A DNA stretch of 64,000 nucleotides from an uncultured Candidatus Saccharibacteria bacterium (GCA_964549935.1 CAZJVT010000003.1:78634-142633); one strand, 5' to 3'; shown: positions 35,501-45,004, numbered from the stretch's first letter. Numbers and translations: made by a program. Notes: generated from the sequence alone by a model not told the origin.

Positions 35501-37606
35501 GCCATCCGGGTGGTCGCGCGCATGATCGACGAGATGCCGATCATTCCCGCCTCGCCCATCGACGTCGTGCGCGAGAAGATCGAAGCGCAGGGACACAAGA
35601 TCGCCGAGATCTCCGGCCGCGGCCTTCGCTTCGTCAACGGACGGATCGTCAGGATCTCCAAGGAGGAGCGCGACAAGACCCGCATCAAGAACGCCTTCAA
35701 TTCCGGCGATCTCGATGCGATCGTCGTGACCGTCGCGGGCTGCACCGGCATCTCGCTGCACGCCGGCGCCCGCTTCGCCGACCAGCGCCGCCGGAACCTG
35801 ATCGAGCTCCAGGCGCCCTCCGACGTCCTGAAGCAGATCCAGGCATACGGACGGGTCAACCGCTTCGACCAGGTCAATGCGCCGCTCATCACCACCGTCA
35901 ATTCCGGCCTGCCGATCGAGCTCCGCCTGATCGCGATCAGGAACGCGCATCTCCGCCGCATGTCGGCGAACGTCTCCGCCAACCGGGACCACGCGGCCCT
36001 GGTCGAGGGCATTCCCGACATGTTCAACCGCCTCGGCGACCGGATCTGCTCGACCTATATCGAGGAGCGGCCCGATCTCGCCAAGCGCCTGGGCATCAAG
36101 CTCTACGAGCCGGAGGACGACGAGGACGTGGACGATGGCGGCGACCTCGAGGACTCGGGGGCCGAGAGCTCGGACGAAATCCGTTCCGCCAACCAGATCA
36201 TGTGCCGCCTCATCATGCTCCCGATCCAGGAGCAGGAGCGGGTCGCGCGCGAGCTGACCGCCGAGTTCGAGGCGGCGGTCCAGGAGCTCGACGTCAAGGG
36301 TCTCAACCCGCTCAAGGTGAAGGAGCTCGACGGCACCGTCGAGGTCCGCAGCCGGAAGATCTTCGAGGGCGACGACTCGTCGCTTCCGCGGTCGTGCTTC
36401 GACGAGCCGGTCTTCGTCGAGAGCGTCCTGATCGAGCGAAGCCGCGAGCCGATGCGCTCCGGCGCGGTCATGATCGAGGTCGAGAAGGGCCAGCAGGTCC
36501 TCGGCCGAGCGCTGCCGGAGGCCGCCGCCGATCGCATCGAGGCCAACCGGACGCTGCTTCTCGCCCATCGGCTCCCCGCCCGGTACCCGACCGTCGAGGC
36601 CGCCCTCGCCGGTGGCGACACCGGCATCGTCGAGGCGCATGGCCGCCTTACGGATCTCTGCGCGGCACTGCGCGGCATCTATCCCGGCGCGGCGATCCGC
36701 TACTCGCAGGACGTCGGCACGCCGGCGACCGGGCTCATCACCCGCGTCATCTCGGCGCCCGCCGCCTTCGAGCACATTCCCTCACATTGGGAGGTCGAGA
36801 TCGTCGCTCCGGGATCCGGCATGCCGGTCCGGCTCAAGCTCAAGACCCTGATGATGGACGAGCACTTCGCCCTCGGCCCGGGCATCAAGGGCGAGAGCTA
36901 CCAGGAGATCCTGGACACCTTCGACCACGCCGGCCGGGAGCGCCAGAAGATCTCGGGCCACATCCTCACCGGCAACCTGTTCCGGGCGACCCAGCTCGCC
37001 GCGGACCACAAGCTCGGCTCGGTGGTGGTCTTCAAGGACGCCAACGGCGTCCGCAATCGCGGCGTCCTTGTCTCGAAGCAGGTCCGCAACTTCGACGCCC
37101 TCCCCGTGCGCATGCCGTCGCCCGAATGCTTCGTCGCCTTCGCCGCGGCGAAGATGGCCAAGTCGCGTGGCGTGGAAGGCGCCACCCTCTACTCGAATCC
37201 CGATCTCGAGTCGAAGAAGGGCCTGATGATGATGCGGGTCCGCAACCAGCTGCGCATCAGCATGCCCAACCCCGGCGGTCGCAACGGTGCGGGCTTCTTC
37301 GAGAACCAGCCGCTGCTGCAGGAAATGCTGGCGACGGCGGCCGAGAACGGCTGGATCGTCGGTGCCCGTCCATACATCCAGTTCGAGGACGACCAGCTCG
37401 TCGACTGGGTCCGGCGCCTGGCCGACGTGGGCATCAGCTTCTACGCGCTCGGCACCCATCGGAATTGGGTGAACGACTGGATTGCCCAGCAGAACCCGCA
37501 GGCCCCGGCACCGGCGGCTCCGGTCGAGATCCCGGCGGCGGTGCCTGCGGTCGAGGTGCTGGAAGAAGCCCCGGTGGAGCAGGACGACCTCCTGCTTCGC
37601 GCCTGA
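32531..37606 (+). CDS. Giant strawberry-notch-like (SBNO) SF2 helicase-domain protein (about 1690 aa)
   Basis: P-loop IADQTGVGKGRQIAAMI (SBNO signature GVGKGRQ), DEVH box VAVADEVHNLAA, motif VI QAYGRVNRFDQ. About 550-aa N-terminal and 700-aa C-terminal regions have no recognisable motif. No methyltransferase motif was seen. The start could be GTG 32531 or ATG 32546. Confidence 0.7.
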   Translation: MTGPDMTLQKWIDLSAYGVSLILVTLPSGNQLMVIDGHQNSPHKELIQKSFLSLGYNLSKAGFLYSDNMKISPSAVFRLLPKGKVAEMPVSQIRQSWRPPGSQADQPKAQPGRVSATGPRKSAARVRAPEPARLDVALTQHRRLGLNSLGQEVFEGIDGRFIRDQGGKLHREAEVGNITPALFLRAEAQPPHKGLDVCADGLVNEIAGGRIIRFDDLKRFAAAVMGQADEDIEDRDPRVRLAVDAVADAMQRRVARRMGSSREVYALATQLQEAGAFLSDATRVFGPLGHPSLPILSILQRAIGGESEVGNKKIAIIGAHGRAADILASNLPATSEIGRDERHALYQIGLLPPDTNYHVEIDEIVGARGPAGRTLLVFAGDPEADEAIKALRTRLGESYEIEGTARIDPSLHAGDPGAQPLTLIALGRLRPERLQPAPEASLRVQPISSHAELWTWSSELISTRAKIAEWRRMQDDEVDEAQQLLAGNVDRTLENKFQTPYQPLSRASLSRTMIPRSLEGATREALERLARRHGDIDRMVCEELGWTNEELQERLSAEQVDGFALSIDAEMRGRGMLIADQTGVGKGRQIAAMILRHVLAGRKVIFLTERELNLHDIWRDICHIRADGFISPLILNDGVRIVDDLTTETLLSPVPTEEMREILRSGKWPEGFNVVLGTYSQFNRPALGRGGKLVSLKSKWLRETVTAGSGIVAVADEVHNLAAKESNQLSNIDAVLNNFEHVHYSSATHAKTGTTLRIYRRLMPPSVSMNNIIDTMSKGGELLQEVFTSMLAKDGVMIRRELDLSEVEFEVYHDSDHYDRNRAIVNQIAPILAAMANISGEVDGFVARMDKDIEEALANVGDDEREQMKGKLGVSKLSFGSPLHHMTRLLIAALKADAVVAKALIALDKSMKPMIVIENTIETLLKDIVATRGDDGQRVDVADDALEGVEMPDFRSLFHRMLNQVCKIREKVDGVWHTRDLAQEMPDMAEAIRVVARMIDEMPIIPASPIDVVREKIEAQGHKIAEISGRGLRFVNGRIVRISKEERDKTRIKNAFNSGDLDAIVVTVAGCTGISLHAGARFADQRRRNLIELQAPSDVLKQIQAYGRVNRFDQVNAPLITTVNSGLPIELRLIAIRNAHLRRMSANVSANRDHAALVEGIPDMFNRLGDRICSTYIEERPDLAKRLGIKLYEPEDDEDVDDGGDLEDSGAESSDEIRSANQIMCRLIMLPIQEQERVARELTAEFEAAVQELDVKGLNPLKVKELDGTVEVRSRKIFEGDDSSLPRSCFDEPVFVESVLIERSREPMRSGAVMIEVEKGQQVLGRALPEAAADRIEANRTLLLAHRLPARYPTVEAALAGGDTGIVEAHGRLTDLCAALRGIYPGAAIRYSQDVGTPATGLITRVISAPAAFEHIPSHWEVEIVAPGSGMPVRLKLKTLMMDEHFALGPGIKGESYQEILDTFDHAGRERQKISGHILTGNLFRATQLAADHKLGSVVVFKDANGVRNRGVLVSKQVRNFDALPVRMPSPECFVAFAAAKMAKSRGVEGATLYSNPDLESKKGLMMMRVRNQLRISMPNPGGRNGAGFFENQPLLQEMLATAAENGWIVGARPYIQFEDDQLVDWVRRLADVGISFYALGTHRNWVNDWIAQQNPQAPAPAAPVEIPAAVPAVEVLEEAPVEQDDLLLRA

Positions 37607-37618
37607 TCGGAGATCCGG

Positions 37619-39994
37619 ATGACGACCACCCTGAAGAAGCCGTCGACCGCTACTTCTCCGGCCTCAACCCCGGCGCTTCCTGATCTCGGCGAAGAGCGCA
37701 TGCTCCGGTACCGCCGGCACACCGCCCTGCTTCCTTTCGAGTGTGCGCTTCCGGGCCGCGGACCCGATGGCAGCTCCTACCTGATCGGCTTCGATCCCAG
37801 GAAGTCGATGCTGACGGCGATCGGTCTCGTGCTGGCGAACGGACGGCTCCGCGCCTTCTCCGCCGCGGTGACCTCCAACGATCGCGGCTGGACCCCCGCC
37901 GTCATCCAGGCTCGTTTCCAGAACCTGGTGAAGGCGGGGATGCTTCGAACCCTCGCTGCCCAGGCGATTGCCCAGATCGCCCCCAAGATGGCTGACGACG
38001 CCACCGCCGCTTTCGGCCAGATGGTCAGCTTCGCTTCATCGAAGGCAGCGAAGCCGCGCCAGGTCGGATGGCGGCTGCCCGTGTTGGGCAACGACGGCAA
38101 GCTGCTCGTCGTCGGGTCCGCCAACGACGACGCCGCGTTGATCCCGGGCGAGTTCTGGAAGCCGTTGCCGCTCGAGCTGTCCGAAGCGATCCGGTTCTTC
38201 GGCATCGACGGATCGACCCCTTTCTTCGCTGACCTTTCGATGCAGAGGTTCCGCAAGCATCTCGAGGCCGAGCGCGGAGTGGCGGGTGCGGTCCCGCGGA
38301 CCGAGATCTGGGACGATGCCGCCTATTCCGACGTCGCCCTGCTCGAGGCCGGACGCATCTCCCGCCTCGTCGAAGCCTTCGGTCGCGGGCTCGACAAGGA
38401 AGCCCTTGCGGTCGTGACCCCTTCAGCCCGCTATGGGTCGGGCGCCTATGATTTCTACGCGGAGGCGTCCGGCGACGTGAGGACCCGGCGCCTCCAGGCG
38501 GCCCGTTCCTATCCGCTCCTGGCGCCTTCGTTCGCCCATCGTCCGATGATCCGGAAGGCGATCGATGCGGCGGAGCCGATCGGCGACCTCATCGCCACCG
38601 GCTTCGGCCTGGGCAAGGCCGGCACCAAGAGGCTGGCGAACTGCGGCTGGCGCGCGGACGGCCTCATGGTCGAGCAGATCGCGGAAGCGATCGGCAAGTT
38701 CCCGCCCGACTGGTTCCCGAAGGACCAGAAGGAGTGGATGGCCTTCCTCGACGTCGCCGTCGCCGCGGGTGCGGTGATGGAGGAGATGATCGGGGTCCCG
38801 GTCGAGAAGCTGTTCGACGGCACGAAGGGAAAGTGGTCGGAGATCGCGCTCAAGATGGCGCAGGCCCTGCCCCGCCTCGATCGCGACGGCAATGCGCTGC
38901 CGCCGGATACGTCCCGCGAGAACCTCGTGACGCTCTGCCGCCAGGTCGGCGACGTCATCAACGCATTCGCGACCGAGGTGCTGAAGCCGGCGCTGGCCAA
39001 TCATTTCGGCAGGGCGGAGCTGGTATCCGGCTATGCGCGCGATCGCGAGATCCGGAAGATCGCGGCCGGCATCCTCTTCTCCGGCAAGAACATCGTCTCG
39101 ATCATCGAGGCCGCCAAGTCGTGGCATGTCCACCACCACCGGATGCTCCTCGAGCGCGAGGCCGCATCGGCCGAGCTCAAGAGATACGAGGACGACACCT
39201 GGGCGCCGCTGTTCAAGCCGATCCAGGCACCCAACGGGATCTGGATCGTCTCGCTGACCAATACCGACCAGCTCAAGGAGGAGGGCCACGGCCCCAGCTT
39301 CGGCGCCAAGGCCGGCGAGGAACCGAAAGGTCTCAACCTCTGCGTCGGGGGCTATACCTCCTCCTGCAAGAACTATGGACATCACATCATCAGCTTCCGC
39401 CAGTCGGTCGAGCCCGATCCCGGGCAGAAGTCCATGGGTCGCATCAGCGTGGCGGAGATCACGCAGGTCGCCGCCGGCGACACTGCCTTCAAGATCCGCC
39501 AGCACTACGGATACGGGAACTCGCCGCTGAAGGACGATAGCCCTTCCAAGGTGGCGCTCGCCTGGCTCCAGGAGATGCTTGCGCTCGGGCGCCTTGAGAT
39601 CGACTTCGCCGAGATCGAGCGCAGCCGGGAACGGAACGCCGAGGCCGAGGCCAGGGCGGAACGCGAAGGCCGCCGAGATGCGCTTGCGAGGGCGTGCGGT
39701 TTCGACTGGCGCGACAGGAACGCCGTTGCCGCTTCATTCCGCACCTGGTCAAAGACCAGGTCGTCGGGCTCCTTCCTGCCGAAGGACCTGCGCAGCCGCG
39801 AGCGCGACTATGACGAGGCCAATCCGGATCCTCTCGCCGGCGCCGAGCATGCCGCGGCCAGGGATGAGCGCGAGGCGTTCTATCAGCAGGAGGCCCACAA
39901 GAACCTCGCCGCCGTACTCGACCGGCCGGATTGCCGCGCGCTGATCGACGACATCCTCCCCTCCTACAAGACGGTGGCGGCACCGACGCGCTGA
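37619..39994 (+). CDS. PcfJ-like protein, tentative
   Basis: The C-terminal region SLTNTDQLKEEGHGPSFGAKAGEEPKGLNLCVGGYTSSCKNYGHHIISF resembles the PcfJ-like domain signature of conjugative elements. It lies immediately downstream of the SBNO gene with a good RBS. Confidence 0.5.
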   Translation: MTTTLKKPSTATSPASTPALPDLGEERMLRYRRHTALLPFECALPGRGPDGSSYLIGFDPRKSMLTAIGLVLANGRLRAFSAAVTSNDRGWTPAVIQARFQNLVKAGMLRTLAAQAIAQIAPKMADDATAAFGQMVSFASSKAAKPRQVGWRLPVLGNDGKLLVVGSANDDAALIPGEFWKPLPLELSEAIRFFGIDGSTPFFADLSMQRFRKHLEAERGVAGAVPRTEIWDDAAYSDVALLEAGRISRLVEAFGRGLDKEALAVVTPSARYGSGAYDFYAEASGDVRTRRLQAARSYPLLAPSFAHRPMIRKAIDAAEPIGDLIATGFGLGKAGTKRLANCGWRADGLMVEQIAEAIGKFPPDWFPKDQKEWMAFLDVAVAAGAVMEEMIGVPVEKLFDGTKGKWSEIALKMAQALPRLDRDGNALPPDTSRENLVTLCRQVGDVINAFATEVLKPALANHFGRAELVSGYARDREIRKIAAGILFSGKNIVSIIEAAKSWHVHHHRMLLEREAASAELKRYEDDTWAPLFKPIQAPNGIWIVSLTNTDQLKEEGHGPSFGAKAGEEPKGLNLCVGGYTSSCKNYGHHIISFRQSVEPDPGQKSMGRISVAEITQVAAGDTAFKIRQHYGYGNSPLKDDSPSKVALAWLQEMLALGRLEIDFAEIERSRERNAEAEARAEREGRRDALARACGFDWRDRNAVAASFRTWSKTRSSGSFLPKDLRSRERDYDEANPDPLAGAEHAAARDEREAFYQQEAHKNLAAVLDRPDCRALIDDILPSYKTVAAPTR

Positions 39995-40108
39995 ACGGCG
40001 CACCGCCCGGGAACAAAACGGATTCTCCCGAATGTTACAAACCTGTATGCTGTTGGTTATGCGTTTATCTTCGACCAGTGACTAGGAAACGAGCAGCGAT
40101 ACCAGCCC

Positions 40109-40537
40109 ATGAAGCCCGAACGCATTTCCCTTTCGCAGATGCAGCGCGAGCTCGCATCCATCTCCCACCTTCTGGCGCCCGGAAGCTTCCAGCCCGGATG
40201 CCAGGCGGTTTTCGTCAACCTCCAGGACGGGGTTTCGCTGCTGGCCAGCATCACCTGGTCGACCGAGGGCGGCGAGATCCGCGGCGAGCTCGGCGAGCGC
40301 GTGGCGGAAACTGATCGCCGGATCCTGCTCTCCTTCGTCTTCGAACCGGGCGCCGGCCGCGGGAACGATCTCCAGGGCCGGCTGACTGCCGAGGACGAGA
40401 TCTCGCCGGTCCCGATCGAATCTCCGATGGATGTCCTCAAGTCATTCGCCCTCCGCGTCGAGGGGCTCGTCCCTCGTATCGAGCGGTCGCCCGATCATGC
40501 CCGGTCTCAGGGCGTCATCGCCCAGGCTTCGGTCTAG
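40109..40537 (+). CDS. Hypothetical protein
   Basis: 142-aa ORF preceded by an AT-rich promoter-like stretch containing AATGTTACA. Confidence 0.4.
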   Translation: MKPERISLSQMQRELASISHLLAPGSFQPGCQAVFVNLQDGVSLLASITWSTEGGEIRGELGERVAETDRRILLSFVFEPGAGRGNDLQGRLTAEDEISPVPIESPMDVLKSFALRVEGLVPRIERSPDHARSQGVIAQASV

Positions 40538-40546
40538 GAGACGGAC

Positions 40547-42868
40547 ATGCCATCGATCGTCATCTGCGAGAAGGCGTCCCAGGCGGCCGATATCCGCAAG
40601 GCCATCGGCAATGCCCACGGCCAGGTCCTGCCCTGCCAGGGCCACCTGCTCAAGCTCAAGGAGCCGGGCGAGGTCAATCCGGCATGGGAGCGCTGGAACT
40701 TCGATGTCCTGTGGCCGGGTCAGCTCTATCCCTCGGTGCCGGATTCCTCCAGCGGCAAGGGCCGCGCCCTGGGCGCCATCAAGGATGCCATCAAGGGCGC
40801 CGACACGGTGGTCATCGCGACGGACTGCGACCGGGAAGGCCAGCTGATCGGCGAAGAGGTCGTTCGCCACTTCAAGTTCAAGGGCAAGGTGATGCGGGCC
40901 ATGTTCGTGGCCCAGGATCCGAAGACCCTCCAGGATGCCTTTCGCGGACTCCGCCCGAACTCCGAATACCGGGCTCTCGGCGACGCGGCCATCGCCCGCC
41001 AGCAGGCGGACCAGGTGTTCAACCTGTCGCTGACCCGTGTCGGCACGCTTTCCCTGAGGGCGCCCGGCACGAAGGGCGTGATCGGCATCGGCCGGGTGAA
41101 GACCCCGACGCTGGCGATCGCCTGCATCCGGGAGCTCGAGATCCTCAACTTCAAGCCCACCACCTATTTCGAGGTAGCGGCGACGGCGAACGTGGCGGCC
41201 GGCAGCTTCGAGATGCTGCATGAGCGGAAGCCAGAGGACCGGATCATGGATACCCGCCTGGCGCAGCGCATCGCCCAGGCGGCCGAAGGGCATCGCGGAC
41301 CGCTGGCGGTCAAGACCGAGACCAAGCGCCGATCCCCGCCGCGCCTGTTCGACATCACCGCGGTCCAGAAGCTGTGCGGTCGCTGGGGCTGGGGAGCGGA
41401 TCGGGCGAGCGAAGTCCTCCAGCGTCTCTACGAGGAGCACAAGCTCATCACGTATCCGCGCGCGGAAGTGGTCTACCTCAAGGAGACCCAGATCGAGGAA
41501 GCGGCGCCGATCGTGAACGGCCTGTCAGGCATCGAGGGGCTGGGCGAGCTCGCCGGCCGCGCGATTCCCGTCGAGGGCGGCCGCCCGAAGCTGACGATCC
41601 GCAAGGGCAAGGACGGCCATTTCTACGACAAGGGCCTCGAGGGCTTCTCGCACCACGCGATCATCCCGAACGTCAACGTGATGGACCGCGCAGCGCAGCT
41701 CTACCAGGGCCTCGACGACAGCGAGCGCCGTCTCTTCGACGAGATCGCGAAGACCTACCTGGCAGCCATGGCCCCGGACTATGTCTATGAGCAGACCACC
41801 GCGACGATGGGCGTCCCGGTACCGGGCGAGCCTGGGCCTGTGGAGTTCCGCGCCATCGGACAGGTGCCGAAGCAGCTCGGGTGGAAAGTCGTCTTCGGCG
41901 CAGTGGCCGAGGACGAGGAGGAGCCGGACGAGAAGCCGGGCAAGGGACGCGGCCGGGCGCCGAAGCGCAAGGCAATGCCCGTCCTTCCCGCCATCCGCAA
42001 CGGCGAGACCGCCGAGCTGACCGACGCGAAGGTCGTGGAATGCGTGACGCAGCCGCCGCATCGCTTCAGCGAAGGCGACCTGGCGACGGCGATGAAGGAG
42101 GCGTGGCGGTTCGTCGAGGACGATGCCATTCGCGCCCGGCTGAAGGAATGCACCGGGATCGGCACGCCGGCGACGCGCTCGACCGTCATCGAGGGGCTCA
42201 AGAAGCAGCAGCTCCTCGTCAACAAGGGCAAGCACATCGTCCCGACCCAGGAAGGCATGAACCTGTACCAGACGCTGAAGACGTCTGCCGCCGACCTGGT
42301 CGATCCCGGCGTCACGGCGAAGTTCGAGATGGTGCTCGATGCCGTCCTGTCGGGGCAGGTGCCCCTCGACAAGGCCATCGCCACCGTCGTTTCCCAGACC
42401 GGGCGCCTTGCCGAGCAGCTGAAGGGCGCCGGCGTTCGCCAGCATGGCGAGGGCATCCTCAAGGCTGGTTCCGGAGGAGCCGGCGGCGGCCGCTCCGGGC
42501 CGACCGACGCCATGCTGAAGGCGATCGAGGCCATCTGCGCGCGCAAGGGGATCGAGGCGCCGAAGGAGGCGATGACCGACTTCGACCAGGCTCGCGCCTT
42601 CCTCAACGAGCATCCGCGCGAAGGCGGCGGCGGCCCCTCGAAGGGTGGCTTCAAGAACGGACCCAGCGGCCGGCCCTCCGGTCCGGTCGAAGGTACCGTC
42701 CTCAACGTCTCCTATGACGATCGCGAGGAGGCCAAGAGGCTGGGTGCGCGGTGGGACCCGGAAAACAAGGTCTGGAAGGCCCCCAAGGGCGCGGATCTCC
42801 AGGTGTTCGTGGCCAAGGGGTTCCTGGCATCGAAGCCGAACATGGGCGGCCCGGGCGCAAGGGCCTGA
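40547..42868 (+). CDS. topB: Type IA DNA topoisomerase (Topo III-like) with C-terminal Gly-rich linker and DUF5710-like tail
   Basis: Toprim region TVVIATDCDREGQLIGEEV, active-site Tyr region LITYPRAEVVYL, C-terminal tail YDDREEAKRLGARWDPENKVWKAPKG. RBS TAGGAGA precedes the ATG. Confidence 0.8.
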   Translation: MPSIVICEKASQAADIRKAIGNAHGQVLPCQGHLLKLKEPGEVNPAWERWNFDVLWPGQLYPSVPDSSSGKGRALGAIKDAIKGADTVVIATDCDREGQLIGEEVVRHFKFKGKVMRAMFVAQDPKTLQDAFRGLRPNSEYRALGDAAIARQQADQVFNLSLTRVGTLSLRAPGTKGVIGIGRVKTPTLAIACIRELEILNFKPTTYFEVAATANVAAGSFEMLHERKPEDRIMDTRLAQRIAQAAEGHRGPLAVKTETKRRSPPRLFDITAVQKLCGRWGWGADRASEVLQRLYEEHKLITYPRAEVVYLKETQIEEAAPIVNGLSGIEGLGELAGRAIPVEGGRPKLTIRKGKDGHFYDKGLEGFSHHAIIPNVNVMDRAAQLYQGLDDSERRLFDEIAKTYLAAMAPDYVYEQTTATMGVPVPGEPGPVEFRAIGQVPKQLGWKVVFGAVAEDEEEPDEKPGKGRGRAPKRKAMPVLPAIRNGETAELTDAKVVECVTQPPHRFSEGDLATAMKEAWRFVEDDAIRARLKECTGIGTPATRSTVIEGLKKQQLLVNKGKHIVPTQEGMNLYQTLKTSAADLVDPGVTAKFEMVLDAVLSGQVPLDKAIATVVSQTGRLAEQLKGAGVRQHGEGILKAGSGGAGGGRSGPTDAMLKAIEAICARKGIEAPKEAMTDFDQARAFLNEHPREGGGGPSKGGFKNGPSGRPSGPVEGTVLNVSYDDREEAKRLGARWDPENKVWKAPKGADLQVFVAKGFLASKPNMGGPGARA

Positions 42869-42915
42869 CAAATCCGGGGGCCTCTGTCGTCGCCTCGTCG
42901 GTGGGGGCCTCCGGC

Positions 42916-42945
42916 ACCGTCCTGCGGACGGTCTTTAAGATTTTG
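42916..42945 (+). terminator. Candidate terminator hairpin after the topoisomerase gene
   Basis: CCGTCCtgcGGACGG stem followed by TCTTTAAGATTTT. Confidence 0.35.
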
Positions 42946-43106
42946 TCGGTTTTATCGATTTGGAAGATTTGAATTTTATCGAAAAATGGAATTGGAAGAG
43001 ACTTCGCTGCATTTTTTTCTCAGCGCTTTCTCACCTTTCAAATATCTTGAAGAGGACGGAGCAAGAACACTTCTTGTTTCGGCAAGGTTCGTAGATCGGC
43101 AACGAG
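42940..43106. promoter_or_regulatory. AT-rich region with short direct repeats (TTTTATCGA x2, GGAAGA x2)
   Basis: gattttgtcggttttatcgatttggaagatttgaattttatcgaaaaatggaattggaaga. Sharp GC drop between the topoisomerase and the next operon. Confidence 0.3.
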
Positions 43107-43754
43107 ATGGAGCGCAGACGGCCGAAATGGCCGTTTGAGGACAAGAAGAGAAGAGACTTCAAGATGACCGCCCACCGCAGCATCTGCTTCAGCGACCCCG
43201 GCGGCGGCTGGATGAGGCTCCCTTCCGGCTTCGTGAGCGAGGTCCTTTCCAAGACCCCCGGTCTCGCCGAAAGCTTCAACCTCGGTGCCGTCCCCTCCAA
43301 GCTCACGGTCGACTTCGTCTACATCGAGGCGGACGACGCCTACCCGCTCTTCGAGAAGGCGGCGAAGACCCTTGGCCAGGAGATCGTCGTCCACCAGCAT
43401 GTCCACGACCCCAAGCGGTCGGCGGTGCGCTCGATGTTCGACTGGAGCCCTGAGCTCCTCAAGACCGGGTTTCTCGGCGCCGAGCTCAAGCTCTCCAGTG
43501 GGGAGATGGCGGATGTCGTCTCCCACAACCGGCCGGACGGACACGGGATCGAGCTGGTGGTGAAGGGTCGCGAGACCGGGAACAGCTACTGGATCCCGGC
43601 CTCCGAAGCCCTTTCCTACGCCCTCGAGATCCGGGTACCCGAGCACGTTCTCGCAGTCGGCGGCATCGATCCGCGGCCGCCGGCATCCGAGCTCGGCATC
43701 GATCTCTCCGGCTTGGGCTCGGGCTCGCCGAAGACCCCCTCCCTCGGGATGTAG
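43107..43754 (+). CDS. Hypothetical protein (start may be ATG 43164)
   Basis: ORF with reasonable composition. No motifs. Confidence 0.4.
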   Translation: MERRRPKWPFEDKKRRDFKMTAHRSICFSDPGGGWMRLPSGFVSEVLSKTPGLAESFNLGAVPSKLTVDFVYIEADDAYPLFEKAAKTLGQEIVVHQHVHDPKRSAVRSMFDWSPELLKTGFLGAELKLSSGEMADVVSHNRPDGHGIELVVKGRETGNSYWIPASEALSYALEIRVPEHVLAVGGIDPRPPASELGIDLSGLGSGSPKTPSLGM

Positions 43755-43768
43755 GCGGCGAGAGTGCC

Positions 43769-44485
43769 GTGCCTCGCCGCCGCTCCTTTCTTCCGACCGA
43801 GATCGGCGCGCTGAGACATGCCGCCGATCGCGGCGGCAGCCTGGTCCTGAAGTCTTCCGATCTCGAGAAGACGCATTTTCGATATCTCCTGCATACCAGA
43901 CTGATCCAGCCGAGCTCGATCACGTTCGATCGGCCCTGTCCGTCATGGCGTCTCGGCACGCCGGAACAGGACCCCGCGGTTCCGACCCATGAGCTGACGC
44001 TTTCCGGATGGGAGGAGTCCGGCCGCGGCGATCGGCGCACCGACGGCTTCATCCGGATCGTTTTCAGGCTGGATGATCGAAAGCGGCCATGGCGGGAGCT
44101 GATCCTTCAGCCCGCATCGATCGGCTGCCTGATCAGCCGCAACGGCTACAGGATGAAAGACGGCCTGACGGCGCCGCATTCCTGGGACCGGATCGCCACG
44201 ATCGAGAGCGCCATCCGGATCCTGGCGAGGGAGTGCGCGGTCGACCAGATGGAATTCGACGATCACGGTTTCGTCGCGGATACCCGCTACGCTCACTGGC
44301 ATGGCCGAAGGATCGATCTTCGCGCCGGGACGAGCGCCAGTGTCGCTCTCCGCCTGATGGCATCCGAATGGGTGCCCGACGCCGACTTCGAGACCGATCT
44401 GGCGAGAATGGTCGAACCATGGCGCCGTCATGCCCTGCGGCCTTCGTCGCCGGCATCTTCCCCCGCTTCGCCGATGGAGATGTAG
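43769..44485 (+). CDS. Hypothetical protein (GTG start)
   Basis: 238-aa ORF. The next gene starts 1 nt after its stop. Confidence 0.4.
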   Translation: MPRRRSFLPTEIGALRHAADRGGSLVLKSSDLEKTHFRYLLHTRLIQPSSITFDRPCPSWRLGTPEQDPAVPTHELTLSGWEESGRGDRRTDGFIRIVFRLDDRKRPWRELILQPASIGCLISRNGYRMKDGLTAPHSWDRIATIESAIRILARECAVDQMEFDDHGFVADTRYAHWHGRRIDLRAGTSASVALRLMASEWVPDADFETDLARMVEPWRRHALRPSSPASSPASPMEM

Positions 44486-44980
44486 ATGCCCGTCGCCTAT
44501 GTGAAGTTCTTCACGCCCGAGCTCTGCCGCCGCTTCCCCGACGCCTTCTTCGTCTTCGGCGACAACCACCAGGGCTGGGGCAAGAAGGGGCAGGCGGCGA
44601 TCCGGGACGAGCCGAATGCGCTCGGCTTCCGGACCAAGATCCATCCCGGCTACAACCCTCTGGACTACTACACCGACCAGGGCGAGCGCGGCGGCCATTG
44701 CCGTCATGCGATCGAGGAGGATCTCGGCAAGCTTCGGATCAAGCTCGAGGCCGGCAAGACGGTGGTTCTTCCGCTCGACGGCCTCGGCACCGGTCTCGCC
44801 AAGCTCGACACCAAGGCGCCGGCGCTCTACGCCCGCATGTGCGACGGGATCGAGGAGCTGGTGGCGCTTCATGGCGTCGTCGATCTCGAGACGGATTGCA
44901 TCGTGAAGCTGCCGACACGCACTGCCGCCGCCGCGACTTCTCCCACGCCAGCGGCTTCGGCCGCACCTCCCGGTCCCTGA
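44486..44980 (+). CDS. Hypothetical protein with conserved FVFGDNxxGxGxxGQA motif
   Basis: The N-terminal block FFVFGDNHQGWGKKGQAAIRDEPNALGFRTK looks like a conserved small-domain signature. The family is not identified. Confidence 0.45.
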   Translation: MPVAYVKFFTPELCRRFPDAFFVFGDNHQGWGKKGQAAIRDEPNALGFRTKIHPGYNPLDYYTDQGERGGHCRHAIEEDLGKLRIKLEAGKTVVLPLDGLGTGLAKLDTKAPALYARMCDGIEELVALHGVVDLETDCIVKLPTRTAAAATSPTPAASAAPPGP

Positions 44981-45004
44981 CCCTTTTCATCAAGGAGCGC
45001 ACCC

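Noticed and set aside
32560-37683. Alternative-frame plus ORFs (32560..34461, 36202..37683) and the minus ORF 34115..36775 across the SBNO gene
   Set aside because: They are Arg/Pro/Gly-rich overlapping frames. The 32531..37606 frame carries GVGKGRQ, DEVH and QxxGRxxR helicase motifs.
41525-42871. 448-aa minus ORF and other frames over the topoisomerase gene
   Set aside because: The topoisomerase frame has Toprim and active-site Tyr motifs. The others are compositionally biased shadows.
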